A stretch of DNA of 32,000 nucleotides, taken from contig CALIIL010000084.1 in assembly GCA_938017685.1 (NCBI GenBank), positions 2,089-34,088 on the forward strand, read 5' to 3'. A program made the translations under genes and the position numbers. This document shows, in pieces, positions 15,630 through 24,186 of this stretch; positions within the stretch are counted from its first letter, which is position 1; every line of letters starts with the position of its first letter. This DNA is from an uncultured Chitinophagaceae bacterium (lineage in GTDB: Bacteria > Bacteroidota > Bacteroidia > Chitinophagales > Chitinophagaceae). Below the pieces are notes generated by a model. That model was not told the origin of the DNA. It did not search any database and saw only the letters and a list, made by a program, of their open reading frames with translations.

Positions 15630-17075
15630 ATGACTTACAAAATAAAGAACTACATCAACGGACAATTTACAGATGCACAAGGAGGCGGAAAGGTTAACAA
15701 TGTCAATCCAGCTACTGGAAAAAGTATTGGTAGTATACCCATGAGTACATCAGCCGATGTGGATGAAGCCGTTAAAGCGGCTAAACAAGCATTTGTAATT
15801 TGGAGCAAAACAACACCCGAGCAGCGCTTTCGAGTAATGAATAAAATTGCTGATTTGATTGAAAGTAAGTTAGATGAATTAGCACTAGCGGAAACTTTAG
15901 ATAATGGCAAACCGCTCAAATTAAGTAAGCGAGTTGATATTCCTCGGGCGTCAGATAATTTCAGGTTTTTTGCTACGAGTATCATGCATTATGCAAGCGA
16001 TAGTCATATCATGGAGGGTAAGGCGATCAATTATACTATGCGCCAACCGATTGGTGTGGTAGGTTGTATTTCGCCTTGGAATTTGCCCTTGTATTTATTT
16101 ACTTGGAAAATTGCTCCAGCTATAGCGGCGGGAAATTGTGTTATTGCTAAGCCAAGTGAAGTAACTCCTGTTACAGCTTTTCTATTAAGTCAGATTTGTG
16201 AAGAGGCAGGATTGCCTAAAGGTGTATTAAATATTCTACATGGCGATGGTGCTAGTTGTGGGAGCGAAATTGTAAAGCATAAAGAGATTAGGGCCATCTC
16301 TTTTACAGGGAGTACGAGAGCAGGTGCCCACATTGCCTCTATTGCTGCGCCAGTATTTAAAAAACTTTCCTTAGAGCTAGGAGGTAAAAATCCAACACTC
16401 GTATTTGCAGATTGTGATTGGGATAAAATGATGAAGACCATTGTGCATTCTTCTTTTGCCAATCAAGGACAAATTTGTCTTTGTGGTAGTCGCATCTTGG
16501 TGGAGCAATCAGTGTATGAAAAGTTCAAAGAAGAATTTATTGCACGAGTTACTAAACTAAAAGTGGGCGACCCATTATCGGATGATACAAATCAAGGGGC
16601 TGTAGTCAGTCAAATGCATTTTGATAAAGTGATGAGTTGTATTGCTTTGGCCAAAGAAGAAGGCGGTAAGATATTATTAGGAGGCGATGCTGTAAAACTA
16701 GATGGAGAAAATAAGGATGGTCTATTTATTGCACCAACCATTATTGAAAATTTAGGTCCAAATTGTAGAACGAATCAAGAAGAGATTTTTGGGCCTGTAG
16801 TAACGATACAGCCGTTCGAAACAAAAGAGGAAGCCTTGACGTTGGCCAATGCCACGGACTACGGCTTAGCTTGCTCTGTATGGACACAAGATATAAGCCG
16901 GGCGCATACACTAGCTAATCAATTGGAGAGTGGTATCGTATGGATTAATTGCTGGTTGCTGCGCGATTTGCGCACTCCCTTTGGTGGTATGAAAAATAGC
17001 GGTGTAGGACGAGAAGGAGGTTGGAATGCTTTAAACTTCTTTACAGAGCCTAAGAATGTATGTGTGCAGATGTAA
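15630..17075 (+). CDS. NAD(P)+-dependent aldehyde dehydrogenase family protein
   Basis: 481 aa. Catalytic motifs ELGGKNP, GQICLCGSR (Cys) and EEIFGPV. Confidence 0.9.
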   Translation: MTYKIKNYINGQFTDAQGGGKVNNVNPATGKSIGSIPMSTSADVDEAVKAAKQAFVIWSKTTPEQRFRVMNKIADLIESKLDELALAETLDNGKPLKLSKRVDIPRASDNFRFFATSIMHYASDSHIMEGKAINYTMRQPIGVVGCISPWNLPLYLFTWKIAPAIAAGNCVIAKPSEVTPVTAFLLSQICEEAGLPKGVLNILHGDGASCGSEIVKHKEIRAISFTGSTRAGAHIASIAAPVFKKLSLELGGKNPTLVFADCDWDKMMKTIVHSSFANQGQICLCGSRILVEQSVYEKFKEEFIARVTKLKVGDPLSDDTNQGAVVSQMHFDKVMSCIALAKEEGGKILLGGDAVKLDGENKDGLFIAPTIIENLGPNCRTNQEEIFGPVVTIQPFETKEEALTLANATDYGLACSVWTQDISRAHTLANQLESGIVWINCWLLRDLRTPFGGMKNSGVGREGGWNALNFFTEPKNVCVQM

Positions 17076-17102
17076 TAAATGATTTGATGATTCGTTAATT
17101 TG

Positions 17103-17753
17103 ATGATGAGAGGATTGAGTTTACTTATACTTTTGTTTTGTGTTTCTTGTACTCAAGAAATGCCAAAAGTGAAATTGCATTCATTTCCTAAGTTTGATGA
17201 TATTTTAGTTCAGCAACGCACATTTACGGATAGTGAGTTATTTCATACAGTTAGTGGTTACTATCAAACTATTAGATCTACATCAAGATGTTACTTATCT
17301 CTGCTACCTGACTCTGCTTATAAATTAATTGGAAGACATTGTAAAGGATCTTATATAGATACTGGGAATTATTTTCTGAGAGGAAATAGTATTTATTTTA
17401 AATCAATGTTTGAAAATCGTGATGACTTTGAAAGCTTAGAAGTTGGAGTAAAGATTACAAAGTTAGATAGAGGAATACTGGACGGATATTTATTGGATTT
17501 GAATAATTTTTATATAGATTATTTTAGAAAAGTAGGGCTGCCACATTTTGAGAGAAGAGGTTTAGACACTTTAGGCAACGGATATGGAATAAACTTAGAT
17601 ACATTTGGCAATATAATAGCTAGTGGAGAGTTCGTCCACAAGGATTTTGCCAATGGCTTTAAATATCTTTATACAAAGGAGCATTTCGACGGAACGGTTC
17701 GCGTAAGGAATTTTATTAACATAGACACCTCTAAGTTTTATCTTTATCAATAG
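17103..17753 (+). CDS. Hypothetical lipoprotein
   Basis: The ORF track starts at TTG 17100; the first ATG is 17103. Signal peptide with lipobox CVSC. No family recognised. Confidence 0.6.
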   Translation: MMRGLSLLILLFCVSCTQEMPKVKLHSFPKFDDILVQQRTFTDSELFHTVSGYYQTIRSTSRCYLSLLPDSAYKLIGRHCKGSYIDTGNYFLRGNSIYFKSMFENRDDFESLEVGVKITKLDRGILDGYLLDLNNFYIDYFRKVGLPHFERRGLDTLGNGYGINLDTFGNIIASGEFVHKDFANGFKYLYTKEHFDGTVRVRNFINIDTSKFYLYQ

Positions 17754-17757
17754 ATTT

Positions 17758-17776
17758 TAGGTTAATGAATAACCTA
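17758..17776. other. Short AT-rich hairpin between convergent genes
   Basis: TAGGTTA-ATGAA-TAACCTA, 7-bp stem; includes the stop codon of the minus-strand gene. Too weak to call a terminator. Confidence 0.2.
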
Positions 17777-19840
17777 GTTCATTAGGACACGTCTTACGAA
17801 ATAACCATTCTCAGTTCTAATTCTTAAAAAAAGAATAGCACTACATTGTTGGTCTAACTGCACCTTCCATTCATTCCAACCATGACTTACTTCTTTTTTC
17901 TTTTTAAGAATTACTCGGCCATTTATATCTATAATTTCTAGTTGCATTAGATCGCGACTTTCACTATATAACTTAATGTTTAACTCGCCTTTAGATGGGT
18001 TAGGATAAACTGTAATGTTTGAGGATTGGTTTTTTAATGGCTTAAGAATGGCCACATTGCTTGAGCAACAAATTTCATTATTTGACAAGCCAACTATTTG
18101 ATAAAAAACATCGCGCGGTAAGATGTTATAATCTGTCCATTCAAACACTTTATCATTTATATCAACCTCAATTTCTGCAGCTGAAGTAAAGCGCAGTCCG
18201 TCATAACTTTTCAATACTTTAAAACGATTAATTGGGAAGTCATTTATTTTTTTCCACTGCAATGCTGCATTATGATCGCTACTAGCAACGAATAAATTAA
18301 TATCATTGATAGCCAAAGGAATAAAAGGAGCTAAGGTATCACAGATGGTGAAGTTGGAAGCTGCATAGCTTGTTTCGGCAGGAATAGTTCCTGTATTAAT
18401 TGTATTAGCGTATCCAATGCTTGGCCATGTACCTGTCATAAATTCTGGCGCAGCCGTGGTATAATAAGAGTTGTCTGGCAGTGAGCTGGTCCCGCTTGGT
18501 TGCGTTGTGCCATTTACATTATTTCCATAAGTAAAGTTACCGTTGCCCGTCAAGGCATAGAGTCCATAAAATAAACTAGGAGCAGCCGTTACTTCATTCC
18601 CAATAAAAGCTGTAGAATCACCAGCGCCAGCATTCATAAAGATACCGGAATTGTCTGCTTGGTTTCTAAAGAATAAATTGTGTGGTCCATTTTCTGCATG
18701 GGAATTATCAACGACAATATTTTGAACAATATTGTGTTCGAATAAATTACTAAATGGATAGTTGCCATGCAATACGGCATCTCCTGCTACATCATTCGGA
18801 AAGAAGCCTTGAACCCAATAAGGCTCACGAGAATAATTATAGGATAGGACATTACCATTAGCGCCTGATTGCAATAACATGCTGTGGCGTAGTAGTCTGA
18901 AAATATTATTAATAATCAAACATTCGCTTGAGCTAGATTGGCATACAACGCCATAGCCTCTTCCGCCGCCGCCATGTTCGTATGCGTTTTCAAGGAAAGA
19001 TTGCTTCAACGTATTCTTATAAGAGTTTAAGAAATCTACATGTGCAAAATAAGTAGAGTCACTATGCACACCGCTAATCCATGAATGTGCGGTGTAGTTA
19101 AAACGAATGTTACGATATTGTCCGCTTGTTGTAGCAGCATCTGACCTTACAATTTTCATGCAAGAGATACCTACATTTTCTACGAAATTTACTTTTTGAA
19201 TATAAGGATTGCGTGCGGCAGGATATGTAATACGTAATGGTGATGAAAGGGTCAGGCTATCGTTTGTAACGGCAAGTACTTGTGCAAATTGCCCCAAGGT
19301 TCCATAGGCCCAAGTTGAGAACATTAAATCACTATCAGTTTCAATAATTCTGATGTAGTCTCCTATGGCAAATTTTGTTTCATCGCTCACTCGAATTTTA
19401 TAACTATTCTTTATACCAGAACCAATAATAGCTGTACTGTCGGTTCCCATGGAGCCAGTAGCTCTAATTAGATCTGCACCAACACCGCCAAAATTGAAGC
19501 GTAGCGTTGTATTGTCTGCACCGCTTCCTTTAAGGATTACATTTTCTGTGAGGTTCACCGTTGCATTAAAAAGGTATGTGCCAGCCGGGAATAAAATAAC
19601 TTTTAAATCTGTAGAACTATTTAAGGAAGCTATTGCAGCGCTCAATGCTGCATCATTGGCCAAGGCGCCCGTATTGTCTCCGCCAAAGTTTAATATACTT
19701 ACAGAGTCGTAATTGGCTGTAATGCCACTTGTATTAGCGGCAGCTAGGGACCAATCAGTTTGGTAATTGGGAGGTAAAACTTGTGCTTGAACACAGATAT
19801 ATACAAATAAGGAGAGTAGTAGACAACTTAGATTTTTCAT
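17774..19840 (-). CDS. T9SS-secreted right-handed beta-helix (pectate-lyase-superfamily-like) protein
   Basis: 688 aa with signal peptide ...CVQAQ. N-terminal LNFGGDNTGALANDAALSAAIASL motif. C-terminal ~80 aa ITVYPNPSKGELNIKL...GRVILKK...GYFVRRVLMN matches the type A T9SS sorting domain. Confidence 0.85.
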   Translation of the reverse strand: MKNLSCLLLSLFVYICVQAQVLPPNYQTDWSLAAANTSGITANYDSVSILNFGGDNTGALANDAALSAAIASLNSSTDLKVILFPAGTYLFNATVNLTENVILKGSGADNTTLRFNFGGVGADLIRATGSMGTDSTAIIGSGIKNSYKIRVSDETKFAIGDYIRIIETDSDLMFSTWAYGTLGQFAQVLAVTNDSLTLSSPLRITYPAARNPYIQKVNFVENVGISCMKIVRSDAATTSGQYRNIRFNYTAHSWISGVHSDSTYFAHVDFLNSYKNTLKQSFLENAYEHGGGGRGYGVVCQSSSSECLIINNIFRLLRHSMLLQSGANGNVLSYNYSREPYWVQGFFPNDVAGDAVLHGNYPFSNLFEHNIVQNIVVDNSHAENGPHNLFFRNQADNSGIFMNAGAGDSTAFIGNEVTAAPSLFYGLYALTGNGNFTYGNNVNGTTQPSGTSSLPDNSYYTTAAPEFMTGTWPSIGYANTINTGTIPAETSYAASNFTICDTLAPFIPLAINDINLFVASSDHNAALQWKKINDFPINRFKVLKSYDGLRFTSAAEIEVDINDKVFEWTDYNILPRDVFYQIVGLSNNEICCSSNVAILKPLKNQSSNITVYPNPSKGELNIKLYSESRDLMQLEIIDINGRVILKKKKEVSHGWNEWKVQLDQQCSAILFLRIRTENGYFVRRVLMN

Positions 19841-19841
19841 A

Positions 19842-19863
19842 TAGAATTACAAATGTAATTCTA
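19842..19863. promoter_or_regulatory. Perfect palindrome TAGAATTACA-AA-TGTAATTCTA between the metH stop and the T9SS cargo gene start
   Basis: 10-bp arms at 19842-19851 and 19854-19863, all positions complementary. It overlaps the metH TAG stop (19861-19863) and contains a -7 box. Confidence 0.45.
19850..19857 (-). promoter_or_regulatory. Candidate -7 promoter box (TACATTTG on minus strand), 9 nt upstream of the T9SS cargo gene ATG
   Basis: Plus-strand CAAATGTA, embedded in the palindrome. Confidence 0.4.
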
Positions 19864-22533
19864 TGCAGTCAAATTTGGTGCCAACCACTTATTAATGAAC
19901 TCAATACTTTCTTTTTTACGAGTAGCATAATCCTCCACTTGGTCTTCTTGTATTTTTCCAATGCCAAAATACTTACTCTCAGGATTAGCAAAATACCAAC
20001 CACTTACTGAAGAGGCAGGGTACATGGCTAGGCTTTCTGTAAGCATAATGCCTGTATTTTCTTGGCCGCCCAATAATTCAAACAATTTAATTTTTTCGGT
20101 ATGGTCGGGGCAAGCAGGGTAACCCGGAGCCGGTCGTATTCCTTGGTATTTTTCGCGGATTAAATCATTGTTCTCGTAACTTTCATCAGCCGCGTAGCCC
20201 CAATAATTTTTGCGCACTTGTTCGTGCAAATACTCGGCAAAGGCCTCGGCTAAACGGTCAGCTAATGCCCGTAGCATGATTTTGTTATAGTCGTCATGCT
20301 CTTCTTCAAAAGCCTTTAAGTGCGGCTCTATTCCTTTAATCGTTACAGCAAAAGCACCCATATAGTCTTTCTTGTTTTCTTCTTTTGGGCAAATGAAATC
20401 GGCTAAAGATAAATTTGGTTGAGTGGCTGATTTTTTAGATTGTTGGCGTAGGAAATTCAACTGTACAGTTTCCTCCCCTTTATCCCCTCCAGAGGGGAAC
20501 AGATTTATATCATCGCCAATGGCTGTCGCTTCCCACAGGCCAAATGTTCCTTGTGGTGTGAGCCAGTTCTGTGCTATTATTTTATCTAAAAGGTCATTGG
20601 CATCTTTAAATAATTTGGTGGCTTCATCGCCAACCACTTTATCATTTAATATTGCAGGATATTTTCCATGCATTTCCCATGTAATAAAGAACGGGGTCCA
20701 ATCAATATACTTTCTAAGGGTAGCAATGGCTACTTCTACATTTTGAACACCAAGTTGATTTGGGACTGCGGCATCAAAATTTTTCCAATCAATGTTTACT
20801 TTGTTAGCTTTAGCTTGTTCATAAGAAATTAGCTGTTTTACACTTTGTTTCTTTGCAAAGCTTTCGCGTAAATCTGAGTATTCTTCTTTGGTTGCTTGCA
20901 ATAATGCTTCTCCTTTTCCTTCTTGAAATAATTCGCCAACCGTCGTTACGCACTTACTCGCATCTAAGATATGTAATACGCCATGGTCGTATTGTGGTTC
21001 AATTTTTACAGCCGTGTGCATGCGGCTTGTTGTTGCGCCGCCAATAAGTAATGGTAGGTTTAAGTTACGTTTTTTAAGCTCAGTAGCTACGCCTACCATC
21101 TCGTCCAATGAAGGTGTAATTAAGCCGCTTAGTCCTATAACGTCTACTTTGTGTTTTATCGCTTCGTCTATAATTTTTTCTGTTGGTACCATTACACCAA
21201 GGTCTACCACGTCGTAGCCATTACAGCCTAAAACAACACCTACAATATTTTTTCCAATATCATGTACATCGCCTTTAACCGTCGCTAACAAAACTTTTAA
21301 TGCATTACTCGTATCCTCTTGAACCAATTTTTCTTCTTCGATATAAGGTGTAAGTATAGCTACGGATTTTTTCATCACACGAGCACTTTTTACCACTTGT
21401 GGCAAAAACATTTTACCAGCACCAAATAAATCACCCACTACATTCATGCCCGCCATGAGTGGTCCTTCAATCACTTCGAGCGGTTTGTTGTAATGTTTCC
21501 GAGCTTCTTCGGTATCCTCATCTATAAATTCTGTTATGCCATTGACCAAGGCATGCGATAATCTTTCGGCAACGGTTCCCTCTCGCCAAGTCAAATCTAC
21601 TTTTTTTAATTCCGTCCCTTTTTTATCTTTTAAGCCTTCGGCAAAATCGATTAAAGCGTCCGTAGCACCTTCATGTTTATTAAATAATACATCTTCAATA
21701 AGTTTTTTTAACTTGGGCTCAATGGCATCATAAATTGGCAAGGCACCTGCATTAATGATCCCCATATTCAATCCTTTTTGAATAGCATAATATAAGAAAA
21801 TACTATGCATGGCTTCACGCACATAATTATTTCCTCGGAATGAAAATGATAAATTACTAATACCACCACTTATTGAAACGCTCGGGAACTTTTCTTTTAA
21901 TTGCTTAGCTGCTTCTATGAAATCAATAGCGTAATTATTATGTTCTTCCAATCCAGTCGCTACAGCAAATACATTTGGATCAAATATGATATCGCTTGGA
22001 TCGAAGCCTATTTCTTCTGTTAGTATTTTATAGGCTCGTGAGCATACAGTAATTCTTCGGTCCAGCGTATCGGCTTGGCCTGCTTCATCAAATGCCATAA
22101 CAACTACTGCTGCACCATAACGCTTGCATAAAGTGGCTTGTTTTTTAAAACTGTCTTCGCCTTCTTTTAGGGAAATAGAATTTACAACACACTTGCCTTG
22201 CACACATTTTAATCCTGCTTCAATAATGTCCCACTTACTGCTATCAATCATGATAGGCACTTTGGCAATACTTGGTTCGGCTTGTACGAGATTTAAAAAA
22301 GTCTTCATGGCCTCTACACCGTCAAGCAAGGCATCATCCATATTGATATCAATAATTTGGGCACCATTTTCTACTTGTTGTAGTGCAACGGTTAGCGCTT
22401 CTTCATAATTATCTTCACGAATTAAGCGTGCAAATTTTCGCGAACCTGTCACATTGGTGCGTTCTCCTACATTGATAAAGTTGCTTCCTTCAAAAACTTG
22501 TAAAGGTTCTAATCCTGCTATTTTTAGTTTCAT
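19861..22533 (-). CDS. metH: Methionine synthase, cobalamin-dependent: pterin-binding, B12-binding and AdoMet-activation modules (lacks the Hcy module)
   Basis: 890 aa. Starts [11 protein letters not shown]...GERTNVTGS, the start of the pterin domain. Has [11 protein letters not shown] (DxHxxG), [11 protein letters not shown] and [12 protein letters not shown]. Confidence 0.93.
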   Translation of the reverse strand: MKLKIAGLEPLQVFEGSNFINVGERTNVTGSRKFARLIREDNYEEALTVALQQVENGAQIIDINMDDALLDGVEAMKTFLNLVQAEPSIAKVPIMIDSSKWDIIEAGLKCVQGKCVVNSISLKEGEDSFKKQATLCKRYGAAVVVMAFDEAGQADTLDRRITVCSRAYKILTEEIGFDPSDIIFDPNVFAVATGLEEHNNYAIDFIEAAKQLKEKFPSVSISGGISNLSFSFRGNNYVREAMHSIFLYYAIQKGLNMGIINAGALPIYDAIEPKLKKLIEDVLFNKHEGATDALIDFAEGLKDKKGTELKKVDLTWREGTVAERLSHALVNGITEFIDEDTEEARKHYNKPLEVIEGPLMAGMNVVGDLFGAGKMFLPQVVKSARVMKKSVAILTPYIEEEKLVQEDTSNALKVLLATVKGDVHDIGKNIVGVVLGCNGYDVVDLGVMVPTEKIIDEAIKHKVDVIGLSGLITPSLDEMVGVATELKKRNLNLPLLIGGATTSRMHTAVKIEPQYDHGVLHILDASKCVTTVGELFQEGKGEALLQATKEEYSDLRESFAKKQSVKQLISYEQAKANKVNIDWKNFDAAVPNQLGVQNVEVAIATLRKYIDWTPFFITWEMHGKYPAILNDKVVGDEATKLFKDANDLLDKIIAQNWLTPQGTFGLWEATAIGDDINLFPSGGDKGEETVQLNFLRQQSKKSATQPNLSLADFICPKEENKKDYMGAFAVTIKGIEPHLKAFEEEHDDYNKIMLRALADRLAEAFAEYLHEQVRKNYWGYAADESYENNDLIREKYQGIRPAPGYPACPDHTEKIKLFELLGGQENTGIMLTESLAMYPASSVSGWYFANPESKYFGIGKIQEDQVEDYATRKKESIEFINKWLAPNLTA

Positions 22534-22550
22534 TGTTATTGTTTTTTTTT

Positions 22551-22589
22551 ACCACAAGGGGCACAAAGGTTTACACAAGGTTCACAAGG
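22551..22589. repeat. Four tandem ~10-bp CACAAGG-type repeats (left end of the cassette)
   Basis: ACCACAAGG GGCACAAAGG TTTACACAAGG TTCACAAGG, read directly. Confidence 0.8.
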
Positions 22590-22591
22590 TT

Positions 22592-22975
22592 TTAAAGTGT
22601 ACCGTTGATAATTCTTTTTACTCCGTTTTTAAACTGTGTGGTATTAAAGTTTATTAATAAGCCTAGTTTTAATTCTGATAGTTTTAAATAAGTTAAGGTT
22701 TGGGCTAGGTGAATATCCGCCAAAGTATCTACTGATTTGATTTCTATGATTAGTTTATTTTCAACCAGTAAGTCTATTCTGTAACCAACTTCTAATTGTA
22801 CATTTTCATAGATTAATGGTAAGCCTTTTTCCTTTTCTACTTTTAATCCAGCTTGAATCAATTCATAAAAAAGACATTCTTGGTAGACACTTTCTAATAA
22901 TCCGGGACCTAATTTCCGATGAATTTTAAGTCCTAGATCAAATACTATTTTAGCTAAATCATTTTCCGAATACAT
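22592..22975 (-). CDS. GxxExxY protein (PD-(D/E)XK nuclease-like, TIGR04256/PDDEXK_3 type)
   Basis: 127 aa from the ATG at 22975 (MYSENDLAKIVF...). Signature GPGLLESVY, followed by RIDLLVENKLIIEIK (D..E.K nuclease-like core) and LLINF near the C-terminus. The longer track ORF (to 23104) overlaps metH and is rejected. Confidence 0.85.
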   Translation of the reverse strand: MYSENDLAKIVFDLGLKIHRKLGPGLLESVYQECLFYELIQAGLKVEKEKGLPLIYENVQLEVGYRIDLLVENKLIIEIKSVDTLADIHLAQTLTYLKLSELKLGLLINFNTTQFKNGVKRIINGTL

Positions 22976-22980
22976 AATTT

Positions 22981-23020
22981 CTTTGTGCCCTTTGCGTAAA
23001 AACTTAGTGAACCTTGTGGT
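22981..23020. repeat. Right-end repeat block of the cassette, inverted relative to the left end
   Basis: CTTTGTGCCC TTTGCG TAAAAAC TTAGTGAA CCTTGTGGT. It encodes the last five residues (HHKVH) and the stop of the upstream metH piece. Confidence 0.8.
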
Positions 23021-24002
23021 GAATAGAACGAGGTGCAACACCTTCCACCGCTTTGGCAATTGCATTGATATGCGGCGGCGTTGTTCCGCAGCAACCGCCC
23101 ACAATATTGATTAGGCCTTCTTCTGCCCATCCTTTAATTATGTTGGCTGTATACTCGGGTGTTTCGTCGTATTCGCCCATGGCGTTGGGTAAGCCAGCGT
23201 TGGGGTAAGCACTCACATAGCAATTGGCTATTTTAGAAAGGTTGGTTATAAAAGGTTTCATTTGCTCGCCTCCTAAAGCACAATTTAATCCTACAGAAAT
23301 AGGGTTGGCATGTTCTATTGAATAATAAAAAGCATCTAAGGTTTGCCCACTTAATGTTCTGCCAGAATTGTCTGTAATTGTTCCCGAAATCATAATGGGT
23401 AACTCCATATTGTTCTCATCAAAATATCGCTTGGTTGCAAAAATGGCCGCCTTAGCATTGAGCGTATCAAAAATGGTTTCTATCATTATGATGTCCACGC
23501 CACCTTTTACTAAACCAGCAACTTGCTCGTGATAGGCATTTTCAATTTCATCAAAAGTGACTGCTCTGTAACCAGGATTGTTTACATCGGGAGATAATGA
23601 AAGTGTTTTATTCGTTGGTCCAATTGCGCCAGCGACAAAAGTGGGTCGGTTGCTATCCTTGGCAAATTCATCACAAGCACGACGGGCGCATTGAGCGGCC
23701 GCCACATTGACTTCGTAGCTTATCTCTTCCATTTCATAATCTGCCATGGATATGACTTGGCCATTAAAAGTATTCGTTTCAATAATGTGTGCGCCTGCTC
23801 TTAAATATTCTAAATGAATGTTTTTAATAATATCAGGTTGTGTAATGCTTAGTAAGTCGTTGTTGCCTTTTACATCGCAATGCCAATCTTTAAATCGTTC
23901 TCCGCGATAATCGGCTTCTTCTAATTTGTGGCGTTGTATCATCGTGCCCATGGCGCCATCAATGATTACAATTTGTTGTTCGAGTAATTCTTGTAATGTC
24001 AT
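23004..24002 (-). CDS. metH: Homocysteine S-methyltransferase module of methionine synthase, encoded as a separate ORF
   Basis: 332 aa. Has DGAMGT, GLNCALG and [11 protein letters not shown] (zinc-ligand cysteines). Ends ...VEGVAPRSI followed by a cassette-encoded HHKVH and stop. Confidence 0.9.
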   Translation of the reverse strand: MTLQELLEQQIVIIDGAMGTMIQRHKLEEADYRGERFKDWHCDVKGNNDLLSITQPDIIKNIHLEYLRAGAHIIETNTFNGQVISMADYEMEEISYEVNVAAAQCARRACDEFAKDSNRPTFVAGAIGPTNKTLSLSPDVNNPGYRAVTFDEIENAYHEQVAGLVKGGVDIIMIETIFDTLNAKAAIFATKRYFDENNMELPIMISGTITDNSGRTLSGQTLDAFYYSIEHANPISVGLNCALGGEQMKPFITNLSKIANCYVSAYPNAGLPNAMGEYDETPEYTANIIKGWAEEGLINIVGGCCGTTPPHINAIAKAVEGVAPRSIHHKVH

Positions 24003-24116
24003 ATTAGTTCAGTTTTTTATTTTACTGAACTATAGGTTTCACAAAAATGTTTTTGGGAAATGTTTATTAGTTCAGTTTTTTAATACTTGGCCGAACAATA
24101 AACAAATCTGCCAAGT
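24003..24116 (-). promoter_or_regulatory. Structured 5' leader of the metH operon (unclassified)
   Basis: 18-nt direct repeat TATTAGTTCAGTTTTTTA at 24002-24019 and 24065-24082. A 9-bp hairpin (24005-24013 with 24024-24032) abuts the ATG. A second 7-bp hairpin ACTTGGC/GCCAAGT lies at 24085-24116. Confidence 0.4.
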
Positions 24117-24120
24117 GACG

Positions 24121-24128
24121 CAAAATTA
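24121..24128 (-). promoter_or_regulatory. Candidate -7 promoter box (TAATTTTG on minus strand) for the metH operon
   Basis: Plus-strand CAAAATTA. It predicts a leader of roughly 110-115 nt. Confidence 0.4.
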
Positions 24129-24173
24129 GACTTGAAAATGATACTAAGAAAATTTATTTGCCTTTTTAAAGTA

Positions 24174-24181
24174 TAAATTTG
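24174..24181 (+). promoter_or_regulatory. Candidate -7 promoter box TAAATTTG, 5 nt upstream of the histidine kinase ATG
   Basis: Exact TAnnTTTG match. Confidence 0.4.
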
Positions 24182-24186
24182 CTTTA

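Larger units (their letters stand above)
22551..23020 (-). mobile_element. 470-bp inverted-repeat-bounded cassette carrying a GxxExxY gene, inserted between the two metH ORFs
   Basis: Perfect 9-bp terminal inverted repeats ACCACAAGG (22551-22559) and CCTTGTGGT (23012-23020). A nested 10-bp pair GGGCACAAAG (22559-22568) and CTTTGTGCCC (22981-22990). One internal ORF and no transposase. No target-site duplication seen. Confidence 0.5.

Noticed and set aside
17083-17110. TTTGATGAT / TTTGATGATGAG repeats after both the SDR and ALDH stops (12-mer shared between 15528-15539 and 17099-17110)
   Set aside because: A shared 12-mer is expected many times by chance in 32 kb of AT-rich DNA. TTTGATGAT also occurs inside CDSs (for example near 5200 and 17190). 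The second copy simply overlaps the start codons of the next gene.
22454-22657. Plus-strand 67-aa ORF containing HKGHKGLHKVHKV
   Set aside because: It is an artefact of translating the tandem CACAAGG repeats. It overlaps the metH start and the GxxExxY 3' end on the opposite strand.
22541-23030. Target-site duplication flanking the GxxExxY cassette
   Set aside because: The sequences just outside the inverted repeats (GTTTTTTTTT on the left, GAATAGAACG on the right) share no direct repeat. Classical transposition is therefore not supported, and this is noted as a caveat.
22976-23104. N-terminal 43-codon extension of the track ORF 22592-23104 ([11 protein letters not shown]...[12 protein letters not shown])
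   Set aside because: It reads through the cassette's repeat block and overlaps the well-conserved C-terminus of the MetH Hcy module in another frame. The GxxExxY homology begins at the internal ATG at 22975.
24003-24128. Known riboswitch classes (cobalamin, SAM-II/SAM-V) in the metH leader
   Set aside because: I could not find a B12-box-like GCCACTG core or the AAAGCU pseudoknot strand, and the leader is too short for a cobalamin aptamer. It is left as unclassified rather than named.
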